Position numbers and translations under genes: made by a program. Positions 19,184-29,549 of a DNA stretch of 64,000 nt are shown here, in pieces. The DNA is from an uncultured Desulfarculus sp. Its GTDB lineage: Bacteria; Desulfobacterota; Desulfarculia; Desulfarculales; Desulfarculaceae. The notes below the pieces were generated by a model. That model did no database searches and was not told the DNA's origin. It saw only the letters and a program-made list of their open reading frames with translations. Position 1 is the first letter of the stretch, and each line of letters begins with the position of its first letter. Location of the stretch: NCBI GenBank assembly GCA_963665125.2, contig CAXXUK010000001.1:1120001-1184000 (forward strand), written 5' to 3'.

Positions 19184-19900
19184 ATGTTTGTCAATGGTCT
19201 GCTAGCAAGCCTTTCCGGAATGAAAGCCGCCACTCGGCGGGTAAATAATAGCGCCAATAACCTGGCCAATGTTTCCACCACAGGCTATACGCCGACAAGG
19301 GTGAACCTGGCGGACACCTCAACCGGCGGCACTACCGTCACCGGCACCACCCTCATGCAGTCCGGCCCGGTTGTATCCACGGGGCGCCCCATGGATCTGG
19401 CCATTGATGGCGGCGGTTTTTTCGTGGTGCGCAACGGCCAGGGCGGCGAATTCTACACCCGGGCCGGTAATTTCTCTTTCGACGACCAGGGTCGGCTGGT
19501 GGACACCAGCGGCAGGGCCGTTGCCGGCGGCTTGGAAATGCCCCAGAACGCCGCCCAGGTGGAGGTTACGCCCGAAGGACGCATGACGGCCATGGACGCG
19601 GACGGAAATGTATTGGCCGACAGCCAATTACAGACCGCGGTTTTTGCCAATCCCGGCGGACTGGAACCTATCGGCGGCAATGCATTCCGCCAGACCGCCG
19701 CCTCTGGGCCGCCTGTTCTGGACGATCCCGGTGCAGCCGGGCACGGCGTGATAACATCGGGAGCGTTGCAGGCCTCGGGTACGGACATCGGCACGGAGAT
19801 GGTTAATTTGATCATCGGTCAGCGCTCGTTCGAGGCCAACGTCAAGGCCGTACAGACCCATGATGAAATTACCAGCACCGTATTAGACATAGTGGCCTGA
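19184..19900 (+). CDS. flagellar hook/basal-body rod family protein (FlgG/FlgF/FlgE-like)
   Basis: ANNLANVSTTGY, DLAIDGGGFF, YTRAGNF, EMVNLIIGQRSFEAN. Confidence 0.88.
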   Translation: MFVNGLLASLSGMKAATRRVNNSANNLANVSTTGYTPTRVNLADTSTGGTTVTGTTLMQSGPVVSTGRPMDLAIDGGGFFVVRNGQGGEFYTRAGNFSFDDQGRLVDTSGRAVAGGLEMPQNAAQVEVTPEGRMTAMDADGNVLADSQLQTAVFANPGGLEPIGGNAFRQTAASGPPVLDDPGAAGHGVITSGALQASGTDIGTEMVNLIIGQRSFEANVKAVQTHDEITSTVLDIVA

Positions 19901-19965
19901 TATTTTGCTTTGCTTCGGCATCGGCAGCTTCTAGAATGGCTGTATCGTAAAAGGAGGAATACACG

Positions 19966-20274
19966 ATGCAAATAAAGACCTTGCTGTCAATCCTGCTGCT
20001 GATGGCGGTGTTGTTCCTGGCCGCGCCGGCTCCGGCAATGGCCCAGGCCGCCCAGGTCAAGGCATTCAATGATTCGGCCTGGTACTGCCCTCCTCCGCGC
20101 TTTCAGATATTCGACGCTCCCAAGCCCTATGGCGGACTGATGATGGTCGACACTCAGACCGGTCAGTCTTGGCAAAGGATCAAGGTGAACACCCCCAAGG
20201 GCATCAGGGTCCGTTGGATCAAGGTGCCCATGGTCGACGAAATCCCCGACGGCCAGACCATCCTTTGGGACTAG
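19966..20274 (+). CDS. small secreted hypothetical protein
   Basis: AGGAGG RBS, signal peptide ending AMA. Confidence 0.7.
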   Translation: MQIKTLLSILLLMAVLFLAAPAPAMAQAAQVKAFNDSAWYCPPPRFQIFDAPKPYGGLMMVDTQTGQSWQRIKVNTPKGIRVRWIKVPMVDEIPDGQTILWD

Positions 20275-20288
20275 TCTGAATTATTCGT

Positions 20289-20331
20289 AAAATCAGCGCC
20301 CCGCCGGATTCCGGCGGGGCGCTGATTTTTT
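20289..20331. terminator. bidirectional rho-independent terminator
   Basis: AAAATCAGCGCCCCGCCGGA-T-TCCGGCGGGGCGCTGATTTT between convergent genes. Confidence 0.88.
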
Positions 20332-20347
20332 AGTGCGTGATTTGGCC

Positions 20348-21994
20348 TTAGTCCTTCAGGGCCCGGCGCAGGAGTTTGCCGGTGCCCAGGGTGGGCAACA
20401 CATCACGGAATTCAACGTACTTGGGCACCTTATAGGCCGACATCTTTTCCTTGGCCCAGGCGATGACCGATTCCTGCGTGGCGTCCGAACCGGGGCTCAT
20501 CACCAGGAAGGCCTTGACCACCTCACCCTTTTGGGCATCAGACACGCCGATGACCGCCGACTGAACCACGCCGGGGTACTTGTTGAGCAGCAGCTCGACC
20601 TCTTCGGGGAATACCGAGAAGCCGGAGACCTTGATCATTTCCTTGACCCGGCCCAGCAGGAACAGATAGCCGTCTTCGTCGAACTTGCCGATGTCGCCGG
20701 TGTATACCCAGCCGTCGCGCAGGGTGTCGGCCGTCTCTTCGGGCCTGTTCCAGTAGCCCTTGAAGCTGGCCGGGTTGCGCAGCACGATTTCGCCTTGCTC
20801 GCCGATGGGCATTTCCTTGTCCCTGTCCTGCAGGTCGACGATCTTGAATTCCTCCTCGGGCATGGGAATGCCGCAACTGCCGTACTTGACCTTGTTGCGG
20901 GGCATGAACGTATCGGCGGTATGTGTTTCGCTGAGGCCGTAGGCGCCTTCAATGAGCACGCCGCCCTTACTGAAGGCCTCCCACTGTTTGGATATCTCCT
21001 CGGTGAGCTGGATGCCGAAAGAAGATGTCAGGCACAGCTTCAGGCTTGAGAAATCATATTTGGATGACGCCGGATGCTGCATCAGGCCGACGTTCATGGG
21101 CACCGCGCTATACCAGAAATTGACCTTGTACTGGTCAATGGCCGCCATCGTGGCCACCGGATCGAACTGGGTCATCAGAATCTGGGTGCCGCCGGCGAAA
21201 ATGGTGCTGTTGAGTCCGGCCACCATGCCCGCGATATGGAATATGGGCATATTAACCAGGTTGATCGTGTCCTTGTTCATCCGGGTGGCCAAGGCGACAC
21301 AGGCGGTCTTGAACAGGGCCGCATTATAGGTGAGCATGCAGCCTTTGGGCATACCCGTGGTTCCGCCGGTGTACTGGAACAGGGCTATATCTTTTTCGAT
21401 GTCGATATCGGCCTGGGGCGGCGTGTCGTCGCCGTTGGTGACGATGTCCAGCAGGTCGTCCACGCCGGGGATCGCCTGCTTGGGGATGGCCATGATATCA
21501 AGGGTGGGAATGGACGGTTCAGCGGGCAGGAAATCATTGAAGTTGGTGGCAACGACCTTGCGCAGTTTGGTTTTGGCCTGGGCGGCCTGGACAACCGGCA
21601 GAAGCAGGTCCAGGGAGACCAATACCTCGATTCCGGCGTCGTTAAGTTCGTATTCCAGCTCCATTTCCTTGAACAGCGGCGAACATGGACAAACGATGGC
21701 CCCGATCTTTTGGGTGCCGAAATGGGCTATGGCGTATTGCGGGCAGCTTCCCATGAAGATGCCGACCCGGTCGCCCTTGCCCACACCATTGGCCAATAGA
21801 TAATTGGCAAATCGGTCACTGGCCTTATCCAACTCGGCATAGCTGATTTCTTTGCCGTAATAGATGATGGCCGTTTTATCCGGAGTCTGTTTGGCCCGCA
21901 GGCGAAGATATTCGTGAACCGGTTTTTTGCCGGCTTCGTAACTCAATTCTTTGGGAACGTCTTCGGGCCAGCTTTTTAACCACAATTTATCCAT
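20348..21994 (-). CDS. long-chain acyl-CoA ligase (AMP-binding enzyme)
   Basis: YTGGTTGMPKG, YGLSET, YTGDIG, GRVKEMIKVSG, TGKLLRR. Confidence 0.92.
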   Translation of the reverse strand: MDKLWLKSWPEDVPKELSYEAGKKPVHEYLRLRAKQTPDKTAIIYYGKEISYAELDKASDRFANYLLANGVGKGDRVGIFMGSCPQYAIAHFGTQKIGAIVCPCSPLFKEMELEYELNDAGIEVLVSLDLLLPVVQAAQAKTKLRKVVATNFNDFLPAEPSIPTLDIMAIPKQAIPGVDDLLDIVTNGDDTPPQADIDIEKDIALFQYTGGTTGMPKGCMLTYNAALFKTACVALATRMNKDTINLVNMPIFHIAGMVAGLNSTIFAGGTQILMTQFDPVATMAAIDQYKVNFWYSAVPMNVGLMQHPASSKYDFSSLKLCLTSSFGIQLTEEISKQWEAFSKGGVLIEGAYGLSETHTADTFMPRNKVKYGSCGIPMPEEEFKIVDLQDRDKEMPIGEQGEIVLRNPASFKGYWNRPEETADTLRDGWVYTGDIGKFDEDGYLFLLGRVKEMIKVSGFSVFPEEVELLLNKYPGVVQSAVIGVSDAQKGEVVKAFLVMSPGSDATQESVIAWAKEKMSAYKVPKYVEFRDVLPTLGTGKLLRRALKD

Positions 21995-22120
21995 TTTGCC
22001 CTTCTCCTTTGTCTTCGGCTTTTTTGATCTGACGTCATGAGGCCTTGAAAATCAGGCTGTCGCATGAAAGGTGATGGCCTAAGCATCCGCCACTCATGCT
22101 GCGCACATAATTTTCTGCTC

Positions 22121-22140
22121 AAATATCATAGGTGATATTT
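22121..22140. promoter_or_regulatory. palindromic candidate operator upstream of the acyl-CoA ligase
   Basis: AAATATCA-TAGG-TGATATTT, perfect 8-bp arms in an AT-rich intergenic region. Confidence 0.5.
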
Positions 22141-22310
22141 GCACGACGTTTGTACCAAGTCAAGGTATCTTTTGTACGGGCGTCCAAAACCAAGTTAGTG
22201 ACTAATAGCGGCATTATTCGCCACCAATGCGGCATAATATCCTGCCGATATTGATTATAAATTATGTGGTGTTAGCTTGAATTGCTAAGATACAAGATTA
22301 GATATTTGGG

Positions 22311-23024
22311 TCAGAGGCTGACGAACCGTTTTATCCAGGCCAAGGTGTGATCAAAGGCCTCGGCTTGATCGGCTGGGCTGCTTATACGGTGGTCCGCCCT
22401 GTTGATGATAAGCAGGTCCTTGGGTTCCCTGGCCAGTTGATGACCCCTTCGAGCCTGGGCCACGGGCACGACTTCGTCTTCAGAGCCATGGATGAAACAT
22501 GCGTTCCGCAGACGGCCCAGCAGCCCTTCCATGTCGTGGCGAACAATATCGCCGGGCATCAAGGGTAAATCAGGGGCGTCATCCTGGGACGAGATTCTCT
22601 TCATCAGATCGAAATAATCCCAAGGAGCCGACCAATGCACCGAGCATGCCGGGGGTATGACGTCAGCCGCCATTCCTGCGGCCGTCCCGCCCATGGACGA
22701 GCCGATATACACAAGGGGCGCATCGCCGGCGGGCAAGGCATCAACCGCCGCCAGGTATTCGTCCTTGCGGCTGGTCAAGGTGGTGTGGCGGATGTCGCCT
22801 GTGGAATCTCCGCAACCGGAGTGGTCGAACTGCAAAACGCAGCAGCCCGCCCGGCATAAAAACAGGGCCAAGCTGGTCAGTTTTTCGCTGGCCATGGAAG
22901 AAAACAAGCCATGGGCTATTATAACCCTGGCTTTGATTGTATTTTGGCAAGTATGCAGTTTTGCTGCTAGCTGATTGTCTTGCGTGGGAAAAGTGAGTGC
23001 CTTGGTCCGCACAAGACCGGTCAT
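22311..23024 (-). CDS. alpha/beta hydrolase
   Basis: AHGLFS, FDHSGCGDS, GSSMGG nucleophile elbow, HGSEDEVVP, ADH. Confidence 0.88.
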   Translation of the reverse strand: MTGLVRTKALTFPTQDNQLAAKLHTCQNTIKARVIIAHGLFSSMASEKLTSLALFLCRAGCCVLQFDHSGCGDSTGDIRHTTLTSRKDEYLAAVDALPAGDAPLVYIGSSMGGTAAGMAADVIPPACSVHWSAPWDYFDLMKRISSQDDAPDLPLMPGDIVRHDMEGLLGRLRNACFIHGSEDEVVPVAQARRGHQLAREPKDLLIINRADHRISSPADQAEAFDHTLAWIKRFVSL

Positions 23025-23297
23025 TTAATGCAGCATCCCCTCAAGAGGCTGGTCGTCTTGGCCAAGCTTTATATCTTCATGAGCCCGGAGCAGATAGCCG
23101 ATTATCATTAAACTGGTTTGAAACCTGCTTGGATCCATATCACCCTTTTCAATTCGTCCACCGAACTTGTTGAAAACTTCCACAAGATCCGCGCTCATTT
23201 CTTCTTCGATCATACCAGTTATGAAATCGGTCGACCCGTCGCCCAGCTTTTGGAAGAATTCCGCTGCCAATCGGCACTTAGTCATGGACTTCTCCAT
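23025..23297 (-). CDS. hypothetical protein
   Basis: 90-aa ORF directly abutting the hydrolase start. Confidence 0.6.
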   Translation of the reverse strand: MEKSMTKCRLAAEFFQKLGDGSTDFITGMIEEEMSADLVEVFNKFGGRIEKGDMDPSRFQTSLMIIGYLLRAHEDIKLGQDDQPLEGMLH

Positions 23298-23387
23298 TCA
23301 GGTTTTTATCAAGCAGGGGCATATATTTAAAGAGTACCTTTGTCAAAGAAGGAGTGCAAGAGGACAACGCCATACAGTGCGGATAAC

Positions 23388-24365
23388 TTAGCTGGCCTGT
23401 TCCTTGTATTTTGTCAGGCTGGAAATGCTCATTCCCGTTTGCCGGAGGTAATACAGACCGACAATGGTGGTGGGGACGAAATGGGTCAACCACAGCATCA
23501 TGGCGTAACTGCCGGCCACGCTGTCGCTGATCCCAAAGCCGACCAGGCACATCTGGGCGCCCAGGTGGAACGTGCCCACAAAGCCCGGGGCCGCCGGAAT
23601 GACCAGGGCCAGAGCCAGGACTACCTCAATAAATATGGCATTGATGAGACCTAGGTGTATGGAAAAGGCGGGCATCAGCAGCCAGGCCCAAACGGTCAGG
23701 TTGGCCCACAGGGCAATGGAAAGAACGCCCACCATCAACAGATCCTTGGCGCTTGAAATTGCCAGGCCTTGGGCAAAAGCCTCGGTGGTGTTGAGAATTT
23801 TTTTAGACCATTTATGGGGCAGCGGCCTTAGCAGCAGGGCCAATACCTTCAGGCTGCGCTCCTTTTGCCAGCGGAAGGCCTGTAACACAACCAAAACGCC
23901 GCCGAAAAACGCCAGTCCGGCCCAACCTCCCAGACGCAGCCAGTCCGGCACGTCCATGAAGAAGACCACGATCAACAGCATCAGCAGAATGGTAAGCCCG
24001 TCGTAAACCCGTTCCATTACAATGGTGGCCATTGATGCGGAAATGCTGATCTTTTCGCTTCGACCGATGACCACGGCCCTAACGATCTCGCCCAAGTGGG
24101 CCGGCAGGATGTTGTTGGCCAGATAGCCTAGCATCACCGCGGAAAACAGCGGCTTGAACGGGATGTCGCCTACCGGTTTTATCAGGTATTTCCACCTGTA
24201 GGCCCTGATTGCGTAGTTGAACAGATAAATAGCGATAACCGGTATCAGATACCAGGCCTTCATATGGGCAAAGGCGGCCAACATCTGGTCCGGCGGGGCT
24301 TGGGTAAAGAATATCCACAGGGCGGCAATACTGAACAAAATGCCGATAATGTAATATTTCCACAT
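23388..24365 (-). CDS. lysylphosphatidylglycerol-synthase-TM / flippase-like membrane protein
   Basis: RAYRW, GYLANNILPAHLGEIVRA, ATIVMERVYD, PAAPGFVGTF. Confidence 0.85.
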   Translation of the reverse strand: MWKYYIIGILFSIAALWIFFTQAPPDQMLAAFAHMKAWYLIPVIAIYLFNYAIRAYRWKYLIKPVGDIPFKPLFSAVMLGYLANNILPAHLGEIVRAVVIGRSEKISISASMATIVMERVYDGLTILLMLLIVVFFMDVPDWLRLGGWAGLAFFGGVLVVLQAFRWQKERSLKVLALLLRPLPHKWSKKILNTTEAFAQGLAISSAKDLLMVGVLSIALWANLTVWAWLLMPAFSIHLGLINAIFIEVVLALALVIPAAPGFVGTFHLGAQMCLVGFGISDSVAGSYAMMLWLTHFVPTTIVGLYYLRQTGMSISSLTKYKEQAS

Positions 24366-24385
24366 AAATATATGTATCCGTCCAA

Positions 24386-25162
24386 TTAGCTGGACAGCCT
24401 AAGGCGAATCAAGGTTTTCAAGGCCTTGATCCCGTCGCTCCAGCGTATTTTCTTTCCTTGCCAGGCCCGCCTGCCCTGGTAGCTGATGGGAACTTCGACT
24501 ATGTCGTGGCCCTTGCGGGCGATTTTGGCGGTAATTTCCGGTTCGATGTCAAAGCCGCTGCTATGCAATTGGATTTCAGCCAAAACATCGCGTGTGAACA
24601 CCTTGTAACACGTTTCCATGTCCGTGAGGCGGGTTCCGAGCAAAAAATTGGCCGCCATGGTCAATATTTTATTGGCCAGCCATAGATAGACCCTGGTCGG
24701 CCTGCCCTGCAGAAACCTCGATCCGTAAACAACTTTACACCTGCCTGCCAGGATCGGCTCCAACATGGCGTCGTAATCGGCCGGGTCATACTCCAAGTCG
24801 GCATCCTGGATCAGGACAATATCACCGGTGGAAACGGCGAAACCCGAACGCAGGGCCGCCCCCTTGCCCTGGTTGCTTTGGTGCCGGATGGCAATTATGA
24901 GTGCGCCAAAGCCGCCGTCAAAGCCTTCCACGGCCGCTTTCCCCTGGAGGGAGCTGATTATTTCCCCGCTGCCGTCATCCGAGCAATCATCAACGATGAT
25001 GAGACGCTTGGGCAGACCCGCCGCATGGGCCTGTTGCACCCTTCCCAGGATTTGCAGCAGAAATTCCCGCTCATTATAAACGGGCATTATTATATCCAGA
25101 ATCAACGGCAGGCCTTCCACTGGCGTTTGTTGTCGGTTAAAAACACATTGATTTGAGCCCAT
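24386..25162 (-). CDS. glycosyltransferase family 2 (polyprenol-phosphate glycosyltransferase-like)
   Basis: [40 protein letters not shown]; start uncertain. Confidence 0.9.
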   Translation of the reverse strand: MGSNQCVFNRQQTPVEGLPLILDIIMPVYNEREFLLQILGRVQQAHAAGLPKRLIIVDDCSDDGSGEIISSLQGKAAVEGFDGGFGALIIAIRHQSNQGKGAALRSGFAVSTGDIVLIQDADLEYDPADYDAMLEPILAGRCKVVYGSRFLQGRPTRVYLWLANKILTMAANFLLGTRLTDMETCYKVFTRDVLAEIQLHSSGFDIEPEITAKIARKGHDIVEVPISYQGRRAWQGKKIRWSDGIKALKTLIRLRLSS

Positions 25163-25282
25163 ATCAACTGCATGTCAAGCTTTTGTTTGAATTTTCCAAT
25201 AACATCACGGTATTCCAATGCGGTGTTGATCGGACGTGCCTTGCATTGATATCATCTAACCCAACAGTTGACGGAGGATGAT

Positions 25283-25669
25283 TTGAGCGAACACGAAAAT
25301 GGCACTGAAGATTTGGCTGCCCTATTTTTTAGTGACGCCGATCCCGATGACCCAAAGGCCTTGCTGAACCAGGCTCAGTTCGCCCTGTTGGAAGGGGATT
25401 TGGAAAAGGCCGCGGGGTTGTTTGAAAAAGCCATTGCCGCCGGTAAGGAGGACCCCGGCACCCTGTTGGATGCCGCCAAGGTTTACATGTCCCTGGAAAG
25501 GCCTGAAACGGCCATTGAGCGGCTGCAAATGGCCCTGCCCAAGGCCGAGGACCATTTGCAGGGCCGCAGCATCCACCTGGCCCTTAGCCGGGCCTATGAG
25601 GCCGTGGGCGATGAAGCCAAGGCCAAAGAACATTACCGGTCGTTCCAGGACGCCCTCACCGACTTGTAA
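25283..25669 (+). CDS. tetratricopeptide repeat protein
   Basis: TPR-like helices; TTG start after GGAGG. Confidence 0.7.
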   Translation: MSEHENGTEDLAALFFSDADPDDPKALLNQAQFALLEGDLEKAAGLFEKAIAAGKEDPGTLLDAAKVYMSLERPETAIERLQMALPKAEDHLQGRSIHLALSRAYEAVGDEAKAKEHYRSFQDALTDL

Positions 25670-25700
25670 TGCACCGCATCACGGTTTTGCATAAACAATA

Positions 25701-26423
25701 ATGACCAGAGTATTGATAATCTGCCTGGCCGGATATCCGGGCCCAAACCAGGAATGGACCCACTTGGGTGCACCTGAATCGGCATGCGGCGCCTCTGAAT
25801 TGGGTGTTGCCAATGCCGAGGGCGGAGCATTTTGGCGGGAACTGGTTTCCGTGCCGGAATGCAGGGACATTAGCCCCAGGCTGGGGCTGGTCAGCTACCC
25901 GGCTGAGTTGCCGGGATGTTTGCAACCCAAGGTTCTGGTGCCCTGCTCCCTCCACGGCAATCCAAACCAGTGCGCCCTTCCGCCCGAGCTTCGCGGCGAC
26001 CTTGGCGATTTCGATGACGGCTGTACAGGCACGATCCGCGTAAAATCACATAAAGATCCGGAACAGATTTTCGCTGAACAGGCCGCCGCCGCCCGCATCG
26101 TCCGCGAGCATACCCTGCGCCTGGCCCTGAAGTACAGACCGGAGGTCCTGGCCGTGGGATTCAACGGCCTGGCCGTGATCAAACGGACCAAGGGCATGCC
26201 CATGGGCTTTGATAGCTTTTATGCCGCTCAGATCGCTGCCCACGCCAGGGCCATGGCCTCGCAGCTGGGCCTGGATAAGCTGTTCTTCATCACCGAAGGT
26301 TTGGGCTCCAAGCCACCCATGGCCGTGTTATGCTCTGGCAACCATCAAAATGTCATGCGGGCAGAAGCCATTTCAGCCGGCGAATTCTGGCGGCTTGCCG
26401 CTGTGTTGGCGACGGATGGATGA
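25701..26423 (+). CDS. hypothetical protein, remote degenerate AlkP/phosphodiesterase-like
   Basis: RVLIICLAG and GLVSYPAELP recall the AlkP-superfamily VLVIGLDG / VVNVPxTYP; resemblance judged by eye. Confidence 0.5.
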   Translation: MTRVLIICLAGYPGPNQEWTHLGAPESACGASELGVANAEGGAFWRELVSVPECRDISPRLGLVSYPAELPGCLQPKVLVPCSLHGNPNQCALPPELRGDLGDFDDGCTGTIRVKSHKDPEQIFAEQAAAARIVREHTLRLALKYRPEVLAVGFNGLAVIKRTKGMPMGFDSFYAAQIAAHARAMASQLGLDKLFFITEGLGSKPPMAVLCSGNHQNVMRAEAISAGEFWRLAAVLATDG

Positions 26424-27321
26424 AGTGAAACAGACCCATATCAACATGATCGTCTGCCTGGCGGACGGACAAAACGCGGAAGCGGCCAAGGCGGCCCGCG
26501 TTGCCGAGGATATCGACGGCGCATGTTCGGTCGTCGAAATACGGGCCGGCGGCGGTCAAATCGCCTCATTAAAGGCCTTGGAGCCCGATTCCGCCGTGTT
26601 GCTGCTATCGCCGGGCGCGGCGCCCGATAAACGGACCATTGCCGCGGCGCGAGACGTGATCCAACAAAAAGGCTACGCGGCCATCCTGGGCTCGGCCATG
26701 CACGACGGCGGGGATTCGTTTTCCCGGCTGGCCGATATTGATCTTGCCCTACGCCACCAACAAATCGCCCAAAGGGAAAACCTGCCCGTCGATCCATCGT
26801 GCGCCGTGTTCACCCCCGAGGCCTTTAGGCTGGTTTCCAGAGGCGGCGATGTATGCGGTCTTGACAATGTCCACGAACTTGCCTGCGCCCTTTGGGCCAT
26901 GGGCCACGAAGTCGGCTTTGCCCCCGCTTTGCGGGCCCGATGCAAGGCGCCTGGAAATTGGCGGGAGACTGCCTCCTGTTTCGTGGGCCAGGGCGAGCAA
27001 TTCGCCAGACGCCTGGCCGGAGTCGGCGGCATGGATCTGGAGAAAAGGCCCTGGTTGCCCGGAGCCGCCTGGGAGGCCTTGCTCATGCTGGCCGCAGCAG
27101 GGTTCGCGGGGTTCGCCTTATTTCACGACACCGCGGGAAACCTGATCCGCGCCCTGATCTGCCTATTGCTCCTCTATCCCGTAAACCGCCGTTTCCTCAA
27201 ACAGGTTTCGGAAACCGCCCCTGAGTTAATGAACAAGGCCCTGCTGTATTGTCTGCTACGCGCGCCCTGCCGCACCGGCGGTCTGCTCAAATCAGCTTTT
27301 CTGCGCCTGATTGGCTCATAA
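26416..27321 (+). CDS. degenerate GT2-like membrane protein
   Basis: GT2-like layout with C-terminal TM helices but no DXD; start overlaps upstream stop. Confidence 0.5.
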   Translation: MDEVKQTHINMIVCLADGQNAEAAKAARVAEDIDGACSVVEIRAGGGQIASLKALEPDSAVLLLSPGAAPDKRTIAAARDVIQQKGYAAILGSAMHDGGDSFSRLADIDLALRHQQIAQRENLPVDPSCAVFTPEAFRLVSRGGDVCGLDNVHELACALWAMGHEVGFAPALRARCKAPGNWRETASCFVGQGEQFARRLAGVGGMDLEKRPWLPGAAWEALLMLAAAGFAGFALFHDTAGNLIRALICLLLLYPVNRRFLKQVSETAPELMNKALLYCLLRAPCRTGGLLKSAFLRLIGS

Positions 27322-27431
27322 TTCCCCAGACTTGGCGAAAAAGTTGCCAAAACCCTCACTTGGGCCTTATAGTTCCATACTGGGCACACATTTGCGGCAT
27401 AAATTGTCAAAAATGAATGGGAGAAAATACC

Positions 27432-28850
27432 GTGCTAGAGCACAAAAAGAAATCACGGCCGATAATTTTAGTGATTTCCTGCTTGATTGGCGTCCTGACG
27501 GCGGCCTCGGTCTGCTTTGCCCAGACCAGCCAGCAGGACATCCCGGAAAAACCGAAAGCAGAGGGTGTGATGACCCTCGAACAGGCAATTGACGCCGCCT
27601 TGGCTTATTCGCCCACCGTTTCCCAGACCAGGGACTCCCTTGAACAGGCCAAGGGTTCCCGCTGGCAGGCCGTCACCGGCTTTCTGCCTGTCTTGGACAC
27701 CAGCTACAGCTATCAAAAGACTCAGAATCCGGTTACGGTCAACACCCCCTACGGCTCGTTCACCACGGCCGCAGACAACACCTATGTCTGGAGCACCAGC
27801 CTGACCCAGCCCTTATTCACCGGCTTCAAGCTGACCAGTTCATATAAACTGTCGGACTTGGGCGTCGATGTGGCCCGTTTGGACCTCCAGCTTTCCATCC
27901 TGGACCTGGCGGTGAACGTCAAAGACGCATACTACGGCTACCTCGTGGCAATCAAAGCCAAGGAGGTGTCAGACCAGGCGGTGTTGCAGCTTACCTCACA
28001 CCTGAAAAACGCCAAGGATTTCCATGAAGTGGGCATACTGCCCATAAACGATGTACTCAAGGTCGAGGTCGAGTTGTCCAATGCCCAGCAAAATGCGGTA
28101 AAGGCCGCCAACAATGTTGCAATCGCCAGGGCGCAACTCAACACCCTGCTGGGCGTCAATGTCGACTCGGCCTTGCAGGTCGAGGACATCCTAGGCAAGT
28201 ACGAGCAGGTGAATTTCGAATACAAGACCGTACGGGACCTGGCCCGTAAGGAGCGTCCTGAACTCCAGAGCGTTAAGCTGCAAATCCAGCAGGCCGACTG
28301 GAGCGTCACCAGGGCCCAAAGCGATTATTACCCCCAGGTCGGCGTGAAGGGCAGCTATGACTTCACTGGAGAGAACTGGGACTTCGGGCCTTCCGAGTAT
28401 TACGACACCACCGGCTGGACCATCTCGGCCCAGGCTTCGCTGAACATATTCAGTTGGGGCAGTACCGCCGCCGAGGTCAACAAGGCAAGGGCGGATGTGC
28501 GAAAGGCTCAAAAAGCCCTCAAGGATCTGCGCGATCAGGTCGATCTACAGGTCAAGGAGACCTATTTGTACATGCTGGAGGCCGAAAAAAACATAGTCAC
28601 GGCCAAGACCTCGGTGACCCAGGCCAAGGAAAACTACCGCATCACCAATGAGCGGTACAAGGAACAGCTCACCACCAACACCGAGTTGTTGGACGCCCAG
28701 ACCTTGCTGACCCAGGCCCAGAACAACTACTACTCCGCCTTGGGGACCTACAATATCGCCAAAGCCCGCCTGCTCAGAGCCATGGGCCGTGGCGTGGACC
28801 AGACGAAAATGGCCGCACTGACCAAGGAGGAAAAGAATCTTCTTCCCTGA
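27432..28850 (+). CDS. TolC-family outer membrane efflux protein
   Basis: Signal peptide, LTQPLFTG, two OEP repeats, ELLDAQTLL. Confidence 0.9.
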   Translation: MLEHKKKSRPIILVISCLIGVLTAASVCFAQTSQQDIPEKPKAEGVMTLEQAIDAALAYSPTVSQTRDSLEQAKGSRWQAVTGFLPVLDTSYSYQKTQNPVTVNTPYGSFTTAADNTYVWSTSLTQPLFTGFKLTSSYKLSDLGVDVARLDLQLSILDLAVNVKDAYYGYLVAIKAKEVSDQAVLQLTSHLKNAKDFHEVGILPINDVLKVEVELSNAQQNAVKAANNVAIARAQLNTLLGVNVDSALQVEDILGKYEQVNFEYKTVRDLARKERPELQSVKLQIQQADWSVTRAQSDYYPQVGVKGSYDFTGENWDFGPSEYYDTTGWTISAQASLNIFSWGSTAAEVNKARADVRKAQKALKDLRDQVDLQVKETYLYMLEAEKNIVTAKTSVTQAKENYRITNERYKEQLTTNTELLDAQTLLTQAQNNYYSALGTYNIAKARLLRAMGRGVDQTKMAALTKEEKNLLP

Positions 28851-28880
28851 CGCTGGCCAAACAAAACGGAGCGCTCTGTA

Positions 28881-29549
28881 ATGGTTCGGCTGGACTCGGT
28901 CAGTAAAAAATATCCGGGTTCCGGCCGCGCCGTGCTGTCGGACATTGATTTCGCCATTGAGCCGGGCGGCCTGGTCTTTCTGACGGGACCGTCGGGCGCG
29001 GGCAAATCCACCCTGATCCATCTGATAATCGGCAACGTGCTTCCCACCAGGGGCAAAATCCTGGTGGGAGGCCGCGATTTGGGCATGCTGTCGCCCAGGG
29101 GCCTGGCTGTCCTGCGCCAAAACCTGGGCGTGGTTTTTCAGGATTTCCGCCTGCTGGAAAAGCGCAGCGTTTTCGAAAATGTGGCCTTGGCCTTGCGGGT
29201 TCAGGGACGCCCCGCCAAACAAAACCTTGCCGACAGAGTCGACGCGGCCCTGGCAAGCGTTGATCTTTCCGATATGTCCGAGGTCAAGGCCGGAACCCTG
29301 AGCGGCGGCGAACAGCAGCGCGTGGCCATTGCCAGAGCCCTGGTGCGCAGGCCAAGGCTGATCCTGGCCGATGAGCCCACGGGCAACCTGGACCCCAAGA
29401 ACACCCGGCGGGTAATGAACCTGTTGCAGCGCGCCCATAAGAGCGGCGCAACTGTGCTGTTGGCCACCCATGATCCCGACCTTCCCCAGATCATTGCCGG
29501 GACCTCGGAAATTCGGATAAACAATGGGCGTCTGGAGCGGGTGCAGTGA
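28881..29549 (+). CDS. ftsE: cell division ATP-binding protein FtsE
   Basis: [41 protein letters not shown]. Confidence 0.9.
   Translation: MVRLDSVSKKYPGSGRAVLSDIDFAIEPGGLVFLTGPSGAGKSTLIHLIIGNVLPTRGKILVGGRDLGMLSPRGLAVLRQNLGVVFQDFRLLEKRSVFENVALALRVQGRPAKQNLADRVDAALASVDLSDMSEVKAGTLSGGEQQRVAIARALVRRPRLILADEPTGNLDPKNTRRVMNLLQRAHKSGATVLLATHDPDLPQIIAGTSEIRINNGRLERVQ

Noticed and set aside
22244..22251. GCCGATAT sigma28 -10-like element
   Set aside because: No -35 match and it points antisense into a convergent gene
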